Shown one piece after another: positions 38,012 through 51,209 of a DNA stretch of 64,000 nucleotides (its first letter is position 1; the number at the start of each line of letters is the position of its first letter). Below the pieces are notes generated by a model that saw only the letters and a list, made by a program, of their open reading frames with translations, had not been told where the DNA came from and did not search any database. The position numbers were made by a program, and so were the translations under genes. The stretch covers positions 28,386,964 through 28,450,963 of the forward strand of contig NC_083415.1 of the NCBI RefSeq assembly GCF_020745735.1. Reading direction: 5' to 3'. This stretch comes from Hemiscyllium ocellatum. Taxonomy: Eukaryota.

Positions 38012-39055
38012 ACTCTGGTGGAGGAGGCGGTGAAGTGGTGGTGGAGGAGTATCAGCCCAATGTGTCGACAAATGAATGTTTTTCACTGTATTTTATAGTA
38101 TTGTTACTGTAAAATACACTTGATAATAAAATAACAACCAAAAGATATGTTTCTAACAATACTCAACACTTCAAAAACACAGAATTAAGAAAATTTATTT
38201 GACTATTGATTTTTCTAATTGAAAAGCTTCTCATGACTTACTCTGAATGTGCTATCATCTCAGCTGTATCAGAATCAAGAATGGTTGCAACCATAAAACC
38301 TTTTCTGGAACCACAAGCAACATTTACAATCAAAGAGTACTGTCGCTATCCTAACTCAGAAAGGTTTCTGTGAATCACAATAATGTCTTTCAAGAAAGAT
38401 ATCAATTGAAACTATAAAATGGAACTTTTTTTTCTTAAAGACATGGCTTTCTTCATTTTTCTTAAGGCTTTTTCATGTTTATACAGTGTAATTGGGGAAA
38501 ACAAATTGAGAGTTTAGAATTAGATATTAAGGAGTTGCATACAGCTCTAGAGTTGAAGTTTCAGGTACATGTTTGTGGTCGTTTGCTTTTTGCGTGTATT
38601 ATCTGATCTACAAATATATAGAATGCTTCTTATGTTTCATTAATTTAGGTTAAAACTTATCCTTATTTGGCATTCTTATACAAAGCAAGGTACAGTTACA
38701 CATTAACTATAAATTTTCAGTGAAGTGATTTTAGTTGCTCTGTGATGCTATAATTGGTTTGTAAATAATAATCTTAGTTGAAGTGATAATCTGAGAAATT
38801 AGTGCCTATATCAATGAATAGATTTGGTGCAGAGTTTAAATATGTACAAATCTGAATTGGTTTGTAATATTTTTTGACTTCAAGATTAAAAAAAGGAAAA
38901 AGTTAGATGAGCCACAGTACAGCATGTTCCACCAAAGTCAGACTTCACAGTTCAAGCTATGCTGAACTTAACCATACTTTACTTTTCCTTTCTTACTTCC
39001 AATTTAGAGACATTTTCTTGCACATTCCTCCATTGTTCAGTTGCAGTTTTGTTCA

Positions 39056-39303
39056 GGGTGGCACGGTGGCTCAGTGGTTAGCACAGTAAAATATTACTGT
39101 GTTCAGTTCCCACCTCAGGCAACTGTCTGTGTGGAGTTTGCACATTCTCCCTGTGTCTGCGTGGGTTTTCTCTGGGTGCTCATGCTAAATTGCCCATAAT
39201 GATAGATATATTAGTTAGGGGAGTGGGTTACTCTTTGAAGGGTCAGTGTGGACTTGTTGGGCCAAAGGGCCTGTTTCCACACTGTAAGGAATCTAATCTA
39301 AAC
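39056..39303 (+). mobile_element. HE1-type tRNA-derived SINE, internally deleted
   Basis: gggtggcacggtggctcagtggttagcac (A-box head), gtgtggagtttgcacattctccc body, aatctaatcta tail. Confidence 0.9.
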
Positions 39304-39834
39304 AACTATTTTAACCTTTGGTTTACTTTGAGTCAGCTCGACCTCTTTTGTTGTGATATACCTCTATCATGAGGGACTTCTTAAAGGTAATTTGGAAAAA
39401 AACCTTTACTTTGTAATTATATATTTTTACAAAAACGTAGGTGATTTTCAAATGAAAAATTGGTTTAATATTGTTTCTGCTCCGTTTAGCTGCCCCTTGA
39501 AAGCCATAATCTTTATTTATTTAAAGAAATGAATGTATGTGCCTGGCGTTTGTGACTCCCGTGTAACATTAGGTGGCATTGCATTGTTTTCAATCCATCA
39601 TAATACTACACTTACACAATCTACTGTTGGAAAACCTTTGAAATATTGAGACCAATCAACATTATTAATAAATAAGCAATATGTATTTATGGAGCAGGAC
39701 TTTTTTTCCATAGTGGAAAAGGGGCCCAAGTAGAATGAGCCATTTCTCCATTTTATGGGTATGGAAAATGAATTAGCTGGAGGCAAGTTGGGCAGTCAAT
39801 TGGAGTCTGGATATGAAAATGGAAAAAGAGCAAT

Positions 39835-40020
39835 CCAATTGACGGGGGCACTTAACCTGGTCCAATCAAGGAGCCTTGAAGTACAAATATAAACAGGTGT
39901 GTCAGATGTTCTGTTCACTCAGAGCTGACTCTGACAGAGCTGGATCAGTGTCAAGGACTCTCCATATGTAAATAAAGGGTGACTTGGTGACAGGATACTG
40001 GCCTCTGGAGTTATTTCACA
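39835..40020 (+). mobile_element. Solo/partial LTR of the Gypsy family at 7432-7637
   Basis: Reverse complement of 7432-7585 (ctggtccaatca..tcagtgtcaagga..aaataaagggtgacttgg..ggagtta). Confidence 0.8.
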
Positions 40021-43000
40021 CAACACCTGTGGAAACTAAGGTTAATGCTGCTCTTGAACAAGGAATATGTGCACCCGCAGGATAGTTACTAATGCCTCAG
40101 CAAAGCTCAGAGCCATTGTGCTGCTCAGTATTGAGGCGGCTTCTTCCGAGTATGAGACTGTGGTGAGTAACTCACCGCAGTCATAAATGCCAGGAGTACC
40201 TAAAGCCTTTCTCTGTTCTTCCTGAAGAAATAGGCAACTAATGCCTGCAAATGGACATAGGTGGGAGAATGAACATCACAATTACAGGCAATCTGGAGAT
40301 TGCAATGTTGTTGATGAAGAGGAAGTTTGGGAAGATTAGATCTGTATTCCTAGTGGTGAATGTAAATAGATAATTTTCCACATGCAATCTGTACTGCTAT
40401 TTATTGTGTTCTCTGTGCTCACCATAGTATTTCTCAATGTAAGGTAGATTTACTACCTGCAGGATAGGTAAATCTTCTTTCAGGGTAGATACTGCGGGGA
40501 TGCTTGGCGTAGTGTGTTAGACGAAAACCAATTTGCTAGTCTAATGATGAGATGTTCTCTTTTAGGCCGGATAAGAGGTTGTTGTTGAAAGGTTGTTGTC
40601 TCTGAGTTTGAGTCATTGTTAGGCAGTTGATGGCTTCTTCTAACATTTGACCTGTTGAGTATTTAATCTCCTTTAGTTGCATTTCTCTATTGACAACTTA
40701 CACCATGGTATGGAAATGTTTATACAACTCCATCTGTGATGAGGGGCAAGAGAAGAAGGAACAAGTAGCAACAGGAGCAACACCACGGATTAAAGTTAGT
40801 TGGATTCCATAAAGGGGCCTGTCCCTGTACAGTGCAGGGGGAAGTTTACCAAGAACACCAGCTGGAAGGAGGCAATAATCCCCATCACAGGACCTACAGA
40901 TAAATGATCAGCTTTCCTGACATGCCTGATAACTAATGCCTCAGGAGGCTCAGGTTTAAGGCAGGTCACTGCTGATATCTGTTGAGCCGTGGAACATGGC
41001 CTCCTTTCCAGTAGAGGTCATGGGTATACCTTGTTAATAGCTGATAGAAAGGTTTGTTCTGGACCTCCTTCAAGATATTTGGTCTCAAATATCTGAATAT
41101 TGGTGAGTTATTGTAACCCGTGGCATGGCCCCTGTTATTATCAAACTTTTTTTTTGACAGATTGAATGAAGCATCCTGACTGATTATCCTGATTGGTTAG
41201 GGAGCCTAGGAGTCAGGTGTTAATATTTTGACTCAAAGCTGTTGCTTCTTCAATTGGGTGCCTGGTCAGTAAATTGCTCTGTGATTGGGCATGAGATGCA
41301 TATACAAAATCTTGACTGTGATCTTTAAGGATGCTTTGAATATTCTGGAGTACAACATGAGGAGGAAATGCAATTGTGTGAAATATTGATAAGACAGCAA
41401 TAAAAATAGAGAAGTCTTGGCCCATAAATTAAATTAAATTGCATATATATCCTACTCAGAAGGGAGCAAAGCTGAAAACTGAAAATAAATTAGATCCCTT
41501 TCACTTTTCACAAACTGCAGTGGTCAGTTCAAGTAATGGCAAAACAAAGAAAGGTGGCCACATTGGAGGCACAATAGAATACAAGAGAGAAAGAGATAAA
41601 ACTAAGGTATGAAAACAGAACTCGAAGAAGTGTCACTGTATCTTGTGAAAGAGAGGAAAGCCCCAATGAATTTAAACACATTGCCCTTAAACTTATGAAA
41701 CTAAGTATTGGTAACAAAGGGAAAATATCAGCTATTACTATCAGAAAGCATTCAATCATTTTATAATTCTGGCAATGCAATAATGAGGAAAGGACCACAA
41801 GGACTAATTACCACATCCATACCTTTCATTCCACAGGGAGGATCTAGCCATTTTCTCATGGAACATGAGAAACAGTTCAAATTGTGACTGTAACCATCCA
41901 AGTCATACTATCGCACACGTATTGAACTGTTGCCCTGAGAGATCCATTCCTGGTGTCATCACAACCATTCACACTGTGAATGTCATTAAATAGATTGTTA
42001 ACCTCACCATTGAACTATAACTGCTTCCCCAGCTTTTTAAATAAAAAGAATCCATAGAGTAAAAGTTCAAGATGTAAAAGTCTTTCCATCTATAAATGAA
42101 AATGCAATAAATTTACCACATTGAGAATCACAGTGAAAGGTTGCAGCTAGATGTTTCACTTCATCAAATTTGTTTGAATGTACATTGCAGTCTTATTATT
42201 GTGCTGTGCAGAGACAAAGCACTTACTTGACTGACAGCGGTACTATTAAGAATTCAAGTATGATGGGTTCTCGTGATTGAATTGCTCCTTTTACCTGCAT
42301 GTATTTTCTTCAATTTAAGCGTTTGGAAATTTTGTTGCTAAACAACAACTGTTTCAAGGTGCTGCTTTAATGTCAGTTATTATCTCCAGGTTATTTTGAA
42401 TCAGGCATTTCTATTTATCTTGGCCATTAGAGCCGTTCTTTTATTCATGTATCTTGAAATACTGAAGATAAGTTTGAATTATTGCCAAATCTCACATTCA
42501 GTGCTTGAAAAGCATGGGAGGAGTTCAAGAATGAAAAGGCAACCTGTATGCATATTTATTGAAATCAGCTGTTTTGATGCAATCACCATTTTTTTACCTC
42601 TGCTGGTAACAGCAGAATTCAGCAATATCAGGTTGCCCTGACCTTGCAGATACATTTATAGGGAAAGTGTAGATCTTTAATATATTACAGTTCTTATGGC
42701 TTTGTTCATTTGGCCATTAAGACACTATTGCATTCAAAACTACAAACTCATCACTTGCTGATTTTGCTATTCATTTGTTTGATCATTTTCAACCATATTA
42801 ACTTGCACTGCAGTTCAATTCACTCTCTAACATTTATCTTAGAGGCAAATATTTGTATGTAGGCTTAGATGGGATTTATTGGTGAACTAGAGCAGGGAAA
42901 ATCAACTTAAACTTGTCCTTTCCAAATTACATGTTTCAGGTGCATCTGACCTTGACAATATTGATTAGTGATTATCTCATCACTTTTGAATAGAGGAAAT

Positions 43001-43889
43001 CCCATCTTCACTTTAAAGACATCCTTCATCATGTTGGGCAGCATTATCACTGTGCTAAATGGGACAGACACAAAATTGGGCATCTATGAAGTGTTGTGGG
43101 CAATCAGCAACATCTGAATTCTATTCAACCACAATCTATAACTAATGGTCTGGCATATACCCAACACTACCTTCACCAGCAAGCTGGCAGAATCAGCCCT
43201 GGATCAAAGAAAGGTGCAGGAGCAGCACCAGGTCTAGCTCAAAATGAATTATCAATCCGGTGAGGCTGAACAGGACTAGAGACAGACAGTCATAGAATCA
43301 TACATCATGGAAATAGACCCTTAGGTCCAACTCATCCATGCTGACCATAAACCTAAACTAAACTAGTCTCACTTACCTATGTTTGGCCCATATCCTTCTA
43401 AACCTTTCCTAATGTCTTTTAAATGTTATAACAGTAGCTGTATCTACCACTTCTTCTGGCAGCTTACTCTACATACAAACCATCCCCTGTGTGAAAACAT
43501 TGCCCCTCAGGTACTTTTAAAATCTTTCTCCTCTCACCTAAAGATATGCCCTTAGTTTTGAACTCCCCAGCCCAGGGAAAAGACCTTTGCTATTCACCTG
43601 ACCTATGCCCCACATGATTTTAAAAAGCTCTAAAAGGTCACCGCTCAACCTCCTACGCTCCAGTGGAGAAGGTTCCAGCCTCTCCTTATAACTCAAACCC
43701 TTCATTCCCACAACATCCTGGTAAATCTCTTCTGAACCTTCTCCAGCTTAATAATATCCTTCCTATAACAGGGTGACTGAATTGTACACAGTACTCCAAA
43801 AGTGGCCTTGCCAATGTCTTGTACAACCTCAACATGATATCTCAACTCCTATACAATGTTCTGAGCAATGAAGACAAGTGTACTAAATG

Positions 43890-44067
43890 AATGTGAGGAC
43901 TGCAGATGCTGGAGATCAGAGTCAAGATTGTGATGTTGAAAAAGCACAGCATGTCAGGCAGCACCCAAGGAAGCATCCTAAAGAAGAGCTTATGCCTGAA
44001 ATGTTGATTCTCCTACTCCTCAGATGCTGCCTGATCTGCTGTGCTTTTCCAGCACCACACTGTTGAG
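43890..44067. mobile_element. Fold-back PLE-terminus mini-element (family A)
   Basis: Antisense arm 43890-43971 and sense arm 43976-44062 (cCTAAAGAagagcttatgcctGAAAtgtt); duplication AAGTGTACTAAATG (43876-43889) / AAGTATGCTAAATG (44068-44081). Confidence 0.85.
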
Positions 44068-44097
44068 AAGTATGCTAAATGCCTTCTCAACCCTGTC

Positions 44098-44795
44098 CTT
44101 CCCCACCCCATCCACTTTCTGTAAAGACCGCTCCTTAGTCAGGTCCACGCCCCTCAACAACCCACCCTTCTCTCCCAGCACCTCCCCCTGCCATTGTAGG
44201 GATTGCAAAACCTGCACCCACACTTCGCCCATCATCTATGTCCAAGGCCCCAAAGGAGTCTTTCCACATCCATCAAAGTTTCACCTGCACTTCCACACAT
44301 GTCATTTACTGTATCCGTTGCTCCCAATGCGGTCACCTCTATATTGGGGAGACAGGATGCCTACTCGCAGAGTGCTTCAAAGAACATTTCTGGGACACCT
44401 GCACCAACAAACCCCACCACCCCGTGGCCGAACACTTCAACTCCCCTCCCACTCTGCCAAGGACATGCAGGCCGTGGGCCTCCTTGATCACCACTCTGGA
44501 GGAAGGATGCCTCATCTTCCAACTCAGGACCCTCCAACCCTATGGCATCAATATGGATTTCACCAGTTTCCTAATTTCCCCTTCCCCCACCTTATCCCAG
44601 ATCCAAACATCCAACTCTGCACTGCCATCATGACCTGTCCTACCTGTCCATCTTCCTTCCCACCTCTCCGCTCCACCCTCCCCTCTGACCTATCACTATT
44701 ACCCCCATTTCCATCCATCTATCACACTCTTAGCTACCTTCCCCCCTGCTCAAGCCCCAACCCTCTCCCATTTATCTCACTACCCCCTCGCTTGG
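44098..44795 (+). mobile_element. PLE fragment with GIY-YIG endonuclease remnant and C-rich UTR
   Basis: PCHCRDCKTC; ORF 44238..4633 region FTCTSTHVIYCIRCSQCGHLYIGETG..FKEH..PVAEHFNS..LRTLQPYGINMDF (ORF 44238..44633). Confidence 0.9.
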
Positions 44796-47005
44796 TGTTG
44801 ATGGATTAGTTGAAGGCTGTACCCTTTATCAAAATGTAACACCTCACATTTATCCAAATAAAGCTCCATCTGCCACTTCTCAGTCCATTGATTCAATTGA
44901 TCAAGATCCCTTTGTAATTTTAGATAACCTACTTCATTGTTGACATGACCACCAGTTTTTGATGTCATCTTCAAACTTACGAACCATTCCTCATAAATTC
45001 TCATTCAAATTGTTTGTATAAATGATAAACAACAATGTACCTGGCACTGATCCCTGCAGGACACCAATGGTCACCGGCCTCCAGTCCAAAAAACAAACCT
45101 CCATCATCATCACCCTCTGTCTCTTATTGTCAAGCTAATTTTGTACCAATTGACAATCTCATCTAATCTAACTTTACTAATCAGTCTATCCTGTGGAAAC
45201 TTGTCAAATTTCTTACTTACGTCCATGTAGACAATGTCTACTGCTCTGTCCTGTCTACTTGCCTGCCAAATAGTGGAAGCAATGCCCAATAGACAAAATA
45301 AAGTAATCCCACAACAAACAGAGCAAATTTAAGCTCTGCTACATTCAATTGTGAATGATAGTGGACAATTAACAACTGGAATGAGGTGGTGGGCTCCACA
45401 AACATCACCATCCTCAAAGCTAAGGGAGCCTAGCACAAAGGTGTAATAGACAAAGCTGAATCAATAGCTTATATCTTCAGCCAGAATGGATGAATGCAGA
45501 ATCCATCTTGGCCTTCTCCGAAGTTCCCCAGCATCACAGATGTTAGTCCTCAACCAATTTGAGTCCTCAACCCCATGTGATACCAAAACAAATGATTGAA
45601 GACATTGGATATTGCAAAGGCTATTAATGCTGACAACATTCTGGAAATAATACTGAAGACATAGGCTCTAGAACTTGCTATACCCCTGGCCAAACATTTC
45701 CAGCATATTTACAACTCTGGCATCTATTCAACAATCTGGAAAATTGCCCAGATATGTCCAGCTCACACAAACACAACCAATTACCGTCCTGTCAGTCTAA
45801 TGTCGATCATCAATAAAATAACATAAGGTGTTGTCAACAATGATATTGAGTACCTGCTCAGTGAGGCTCAGTTTAGTTTCCATCCAGGGTCATTCAGTTC
45901 CTGGCCTGTAATCCTCAACAATTTGCGTGTCTCTGCACCCAAAGAACTGCAGTCGGTCAAGAAAGCAGCTCACCACCACCTTATTCAAGGCAATTAGGGA
46001 TGAGCAATGTTGGCCTATCCATTGATACACATATACCCTTGAATGAACTTTAAGAAATATTAGTCTGATTCAGGCCATATATAATACACACATATACACA
46101 AATATATGGTCCAACATAAAGTAGTGGAGTTTGAATTCAGAATATTTCTTAGATGAATCAAAGGTTTTCTAGGGATTTGAATTGTCCTTAATACCATCCA
46201 CCTGGAGATTCTCTAGCTCAGGATACAGATTAGCTCAGACTTGAGATTTTCTATTTGGAATCATTCAGGTTGATGATAGGTGGCATCCTTCCCCTAGTTC
46301 CCAACTCAGGAAAAGCCAATTTCAAAGGTTAAGACACCGGTATAATAGTAGAACAAGAAAGTTTAATGTGAACTCTTAGGCCCCAGGTTTAAACTAATGT
46401 GTAATGATTTCCCATAAGAGAAACCATTAACACTTGGAATAACTGGCACCAATGCTTCTTACAGACTGCACAATCCTTTTAAGATAGTTTTACAACCCAA
46501 GACTTTTCATTGTGGCATTACACCATACCACTGAGGCACATAAGGAGTTATTAGATTGGATGACCAAAAATTTGGTCAAAGAAGTAAATTTTATAGCAAG
46601 GCTTCCCAAAGTGGGTGTCAGGATCCCAAGAGTTTAATTTTTGGATTCTCCAAGTCTTGCTGAACCCACTTGCCCCACTCCCATAGGTATTCTACTCCCC
46701 ACTACTGTCATCACCATTGCTCATCTCAGGTTCATGAAAGTTTTGAGCGTCAAAATTGGTTCAGGTGGGAAAAAGTTTGTGAGGGATTAAGTTATAGTAT
46801 ACCTTACAGGAAAAAAAGCAAGGAAGTCATCATAGTGCAGAGAGGAGTTCTAGTTCCTAGGACATAGGCAACAGAAGGTACAGCCGCTGATGGGAGGGTT
46901 CAAGATGCCAAGATCAAATAAGTGCCAATATCTTGCAGGATAGTAGGCCAGAGAAGATCATAGTGAGTGGATGGTCAGTGAGGAATTGGAAAAACTGGAG
47001 AATTG

Positions 47006-48247
47006 TGTATGAGGTTGAAGGTGTGTACTGTACCTTTTAAGAGAGAGTGACTGCTGTTCTGAACTAAGAGCTTACAGGCACCTGTGTGATATGACTAGAT
47101 GGCAGTCCCAGAGTCATAGAGTCATAGAGATGTACAGCGTGGAAACAGAACCTTCAGTCCAACCTGTCCATGCTGAACAGATATCCCAACCCAATCTAGT
47201 CCCACCTGCCAGCACCTGGCTATTATCACTCCAAACCCTTCCTATTCATATACCCACCCAAATGCCTCTTAAATGTTGCAATTGTATCAGCCTCTACCAC
47301 TTCCTCTGACAGCTCATTCCATACACATACTACCCTCTGTGTGAAAAAAGGTTGCCCTTTAGGTCTCTTTTATATCTTTCCCGTCTCACCCTAAACCCAT
47401 GCCCTCTAGCTCTGGACTCCCTGACCGTAGGGAAAGACTTTGTCTATTTATCCTATCCATGCCCCTCATAATTTTGTAAACCTCTGCAAGGTCACCCTTC
47501 AACCTCCGATGCTCCAGGGAAAACAGCCTCAGCCTGTTCAGCTTCTCCCTATAGCTCAAATCTTCCAACCAAGTGTACTGGAAAATTGAAAATATGTAAC
47601 ATTTGGCTGTGAAATGGGCACCTGAGTTGGTTGCTATTTGACAACAATTAGAATTTAAACAATTGGTTTAACTTATGCCCCAGGCTACTAAAACCCAATC
47701 GAGTTTGAATTTATTGTTTTGCCAACATTGAACCAATGAGATCCAAAATAAAAATGCATGCATTTTGAAAGTTACAGACAGTGCAACTGCCATTGAAAGA
47801 CTGTCCATTAGGAAACACTGTCTTTCAAAGGTACCTTTTCATATGAAACATATTTGCAGTAAAAAGAAAGAAGATAACCCAGGGGGATCTTCAGTCAGAG
47901 GAAGAAAGACACCAAAGATGATGGCAGCTGTGTGGTTTTGAAATTAACTTGATGTAATCTTAATAAGTGTCTTATTGGAACAGCATGTTGTTATAGAGTT
48001 GCAGGCAGGTAATAACCAGTTAGGAGAAATGGGGGGGGGAGGGGGGGGGGGGTGCGGGGATTGGAGTTGTGAATACTTATTGTTTAATGTTCACTTTTAG
48101 AGTTAAAAAATAAATTGATATTATTTTCTTTAAGCAGTGGAATTTGGGAGTTCTCTGTCACTCATATTTTAACAGATTACGAGGTGAGGTGAGCTTTCCT
48201 GGGTGTTTGGTTTAATTTACAGATGAGTTCACCACCGTGTTGTAACA
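47006..48247 (+). mobile_element. Solo LTR with 4-bp TSD (ATTG), interrupted by CR1
   Basis: TG..CA termini; ATTG at 47002-47005 and 48248-48251; homology to 30755-31502. Confidence 0.9.
47110..47570 (-). mobile_element. CR1 3' end nested in the LTR
   Basis: (CTCTATGA)n tail; EDLSYREKLNRLRLFSLE..GDLAEVYKIMRG. Confidence 0.92.
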
Positions 48248-50916
48248 ATTGTAATCGAAGAAAGTGTCGTGAAAGTAGGACAGACATTAAAAAGATAACA
48301 GTAATTATAAATTTTATCTCATAATTTTGCAAATAGTGCTTGTAAGTCATTTTAAAAAAATATTCACAAAATAAATTGATTTTGATACACTGCAACACAA
48401 TATTTTCCTTTTGATAGTCTAAATCTCAAAACTGAAGTAACATTGCACAAATTCCATTATACATTTACTATAACTGAACCAGAATCATTCATAATAATTC
48501 TGAAAGCCCAGACCAACAAGGATGATTTCTCGATCATAACTTCAGAGTCCCAAACGTCACATTGCACAAAGCACAACATAACTGACATAATTGATGTGAC
48601 AATCCCTTTTATGCATAAATGATTTGTATCTTCTGTCAAGAGCTTTCTAATAATAAAGAAAAATAGACTTGCCCTTTCAAAAAGGAAATGTGTTAGAAGT
48701 GTAATTCATGTTTTAAATGTGTATTGTTCTATGCTATGAACTGCTCTGTTCAGTCCACTTATGATCAACCTCTTAAAAAGGCATCACACTCAACACAGAA
48801 TTGTAGATTAAGTTGGTCAGCCTGTTAATGGTTGCATTTGTGATTTCTACCACAAGAAACACCTAGATTATTTCCACTTTCCTGTTTTCTTCCAGTATAC
48901 TTTGCCAATTTCATTTTTTAAAAACGACTAATTTCCTTCACAATTACAGGCTGCTTCAATCACAATATGCGGAAGATAATTCCACATTTTCTGTTGATAT
49001 CTTCTCTATCTTAACCTGTTTTAATCTGTTGTGTTTATAGTTAGTGTTTGAGTAAAACAACTGAAGAAAAATATTGAACATTGCCCCTTGGTTATATTGT
49101 ACCCTGTATTGACCAATAGACATTCTTTGTAAAATAAGCAAAATACTGACTGTTGAAAATATGATGAGAAACCAGAAATTGTTAGAAATTTTCAGTATGT
49201 CAGGGAACAACTTGAGGAATACAGCTGATGAGCTGGATATTTGTTCCCCGCCTGACTGATTTGAAGGTGGAGGGGAACTTGTTAAATCTAGTGAACAACC
49301 TGTCCATTCACAGTCATCCATATTCCAAATAAACCAGGAGAAGGACTTGTATTTGTGTGGCCTGGTTGTGGGCCAATTAAGATAAGTAAAAATGAAATTA
49401 ATGCTCACTCAAGGTCCTCATCCCAGCATTACTGATACCAGATGGCCCACACCAAGTGGCTACCATCTTTGAGTCTTTCAGAAGCCCAGTCCCTCCACAC
49501 CACAAAGATTGTTTTCTCCTCCTCTCATCTCTCAAACCCTAAATCTCTACCTCCTTTGCTAAGACCTGTCAGCTTAGAAACTGGTGAGACCTCTAAACTC
49601 TCACTGAAATTCCAAGGATGTAAGGTGGATCAGACAACCTGCCCAATTCAGATGAGAGTCCTTGTTACTGAGCATAATATCAGCTCAATAATGGTCAGTC
49701 TGCAAACATGAAGGGGTGCTTAGTTTACACAATGCATCAGGAATGGTATAATTAAAACACAGTGGTATAGTGGGAGCCATTCCAGGTTTCACTATTAAAG
49801 TAGGTAGACCCATGAAAGGGTGCAGCCCTGAGAAAAGCACATAGCCATTGGCACACAGGTAACCAGATGAACAGAGTTGGTAAAGCACTAGGTCTGTGAA
49901 TGTCAGTATAGTTGGTCATGATCCTTCAGGTATAAGGCAGCATAAATAGGACTGGTGTGTAGCGGGGTCAAGAGTTTATTGTGTGTGAAGCTGAGTGTGA
50001 GCAAGCATATCAAACCAATATGAGAATAAGGTACCCTGAGAAAGGGACCTAGAGTAATTATCCTGAGGAGCAGGTCAGAGCACTAATCATAATGAGAACA
50101 GGATGGTTTTGAATGAAACCAATTGGGCCAACAAATGTAATAAACTAACTGGTCAATAGTGGTCCGTCTTAGCTGGTCACTGGAAGCTGGTCAGTTGGTT
50201 AGTTGAGGACAACTCAACAGACTAACTAGCTCAAATAGTCAACCAGGAATAAATCAACTGGGTTCATTGTGCAATTTCCACCTTTCCTTTTGCATTCATT
50301 CATAAACTGTGGGACTACCTGTAATGTTGCCTTTATTATACATTGTTAAGTGCCCTTGAGAAGGTGGTGCTAAACCACTTTCTGTAATTACTGTAGTCCA
50401 TAGTATAGGTAAGGACATCCATAGCGCTGTTAGAGTTTCCAGGATTTTAACCCTGCAACAATGAAGAAGTGGTGTTATGATCACAAGTTAAAATAGAGTA
50501 TGATTTGAAGGCAAACTAATGATTGGTGGTGCTTTCATGCAAGTGCACCCTTTTTCTTTTAGATGGTGAAGATTGAAGGTATGTCGAAGGAGCTTTGGTA
50601 CATTTCTGCAGTGTTTCCGATAGATTGCACACAGTGTGCTAATGTGCACCAGTGGTGTTGAGAATGAATGTTGATTTTGAGGATGATGTACAAATTAGAT
50701 GACTCAGCTAATGGAGAAGTTTCCCTGATCTCCATTGAATTTAAGTCTACTGGGACTCCTTGATGGTGTACATGGTTGAATGTGAACTTGATGAATAGGG
50801 CATCCATTCCAGTGTCCCCTCTGAAATTTTGATCTTCTGTCCATGCTTGAAACAAGGCTGTGTTTGGACCAAGTGGTTCTAGCAATGCAAAAAAAAGAAC
50901 ATCAGTGCAAATATGA

Positions 50917-51169
50917 AAACATAAATCGCTGAAAAAGCTCAGTAGATCTGACAGTGTTTGTGGGAAGAAATCAGAGTTAATATGTCAGTCCAGTGACTCT
51001 TCCTCAGAACAAACCTTCCTTGGTTCTAAGGAAGTGTCACTGGACCTGAAACGTTAACTCTGATTTCTCCCCACAGATGCTGCCAGATCTGCAGAACTTT
51101 TGTCGTAATTTCTGTTTTTGTATCTGCTTTTGTATCTGATTTCCAACATCTGCAATTCTTTTGGTTTTA
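50917..51169. mobile_element. Fold-back PLE-terminus mini-element (family C) with back-to-back hammerhead motifs
   Basis: Arms ~50917-51010 and 51023-51118 separated by 12 nt; gtt-CTAAGGA-A-GTGTC-actg-GACCT-GAAA-CGT-T-aac; degenerate flanking repeat 50901-50916 / 51170-51185 (12/16). Confidence 0.8.
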
Positions 51170-51186
51170 ATCTGTGTGAAAATGAC

Positions 51187-51209
51187 TGTGTGTGTGTGTG
51201 TGTGTGTGT
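51187..51209. repeat. (TG)11 microsatellite
   Basis: Directly visible. Confidence 0.95.

Larger units (their letters stand above)
35060..38135 (+). mobile_element. Putative non-autonomous retroposon hosting the minisatellite, a solo LTR and a PLE hairpin
   Basis: GC-richer sequence resumes across each insertion and ends in a LINE-like tail ttttcactgtatt..aatacacttgataataaaataac; inference only. Confidence 0.35.
43289..45253 (-). mobile_element. 5'-truncated CR1 LINE carrying two PLE-derived insertions
   Basis: CR1 tail at 43289; minus ORF 44780..45004 KTGG..YLKLQRDLDQLNQWTEKWQME. Confidence 0.88.
42930..46052 (+). mobile_element. Old non-LTR retrotransposon (RT region), interrupted at ~43280-45253
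   Basis: 45590-45815 reads LKTLDIAKAINADNILEIILKT*ALELAIPLAKHFQ..IWKIAQICP..NYRPVSLMSII; sequence continuity across the insert. Confidence 0.75.

Noticed and set aside
39056-39130. tRNA gene
   Set aside because: tRNA-derived SINE head; no cloverleaf, and it continues into the SINE body
44024-44809. 261-aa Pro-rich ORF
   Set aside because: Off-frame read across hairpin, CR1 and PLE junctions and a C-rich UTR
48956-49408. 150-aa minus-strand ORF
   Set aside because: No recognisable domain, composition typical of AT-rich non-coding DNA, no convincing splice context
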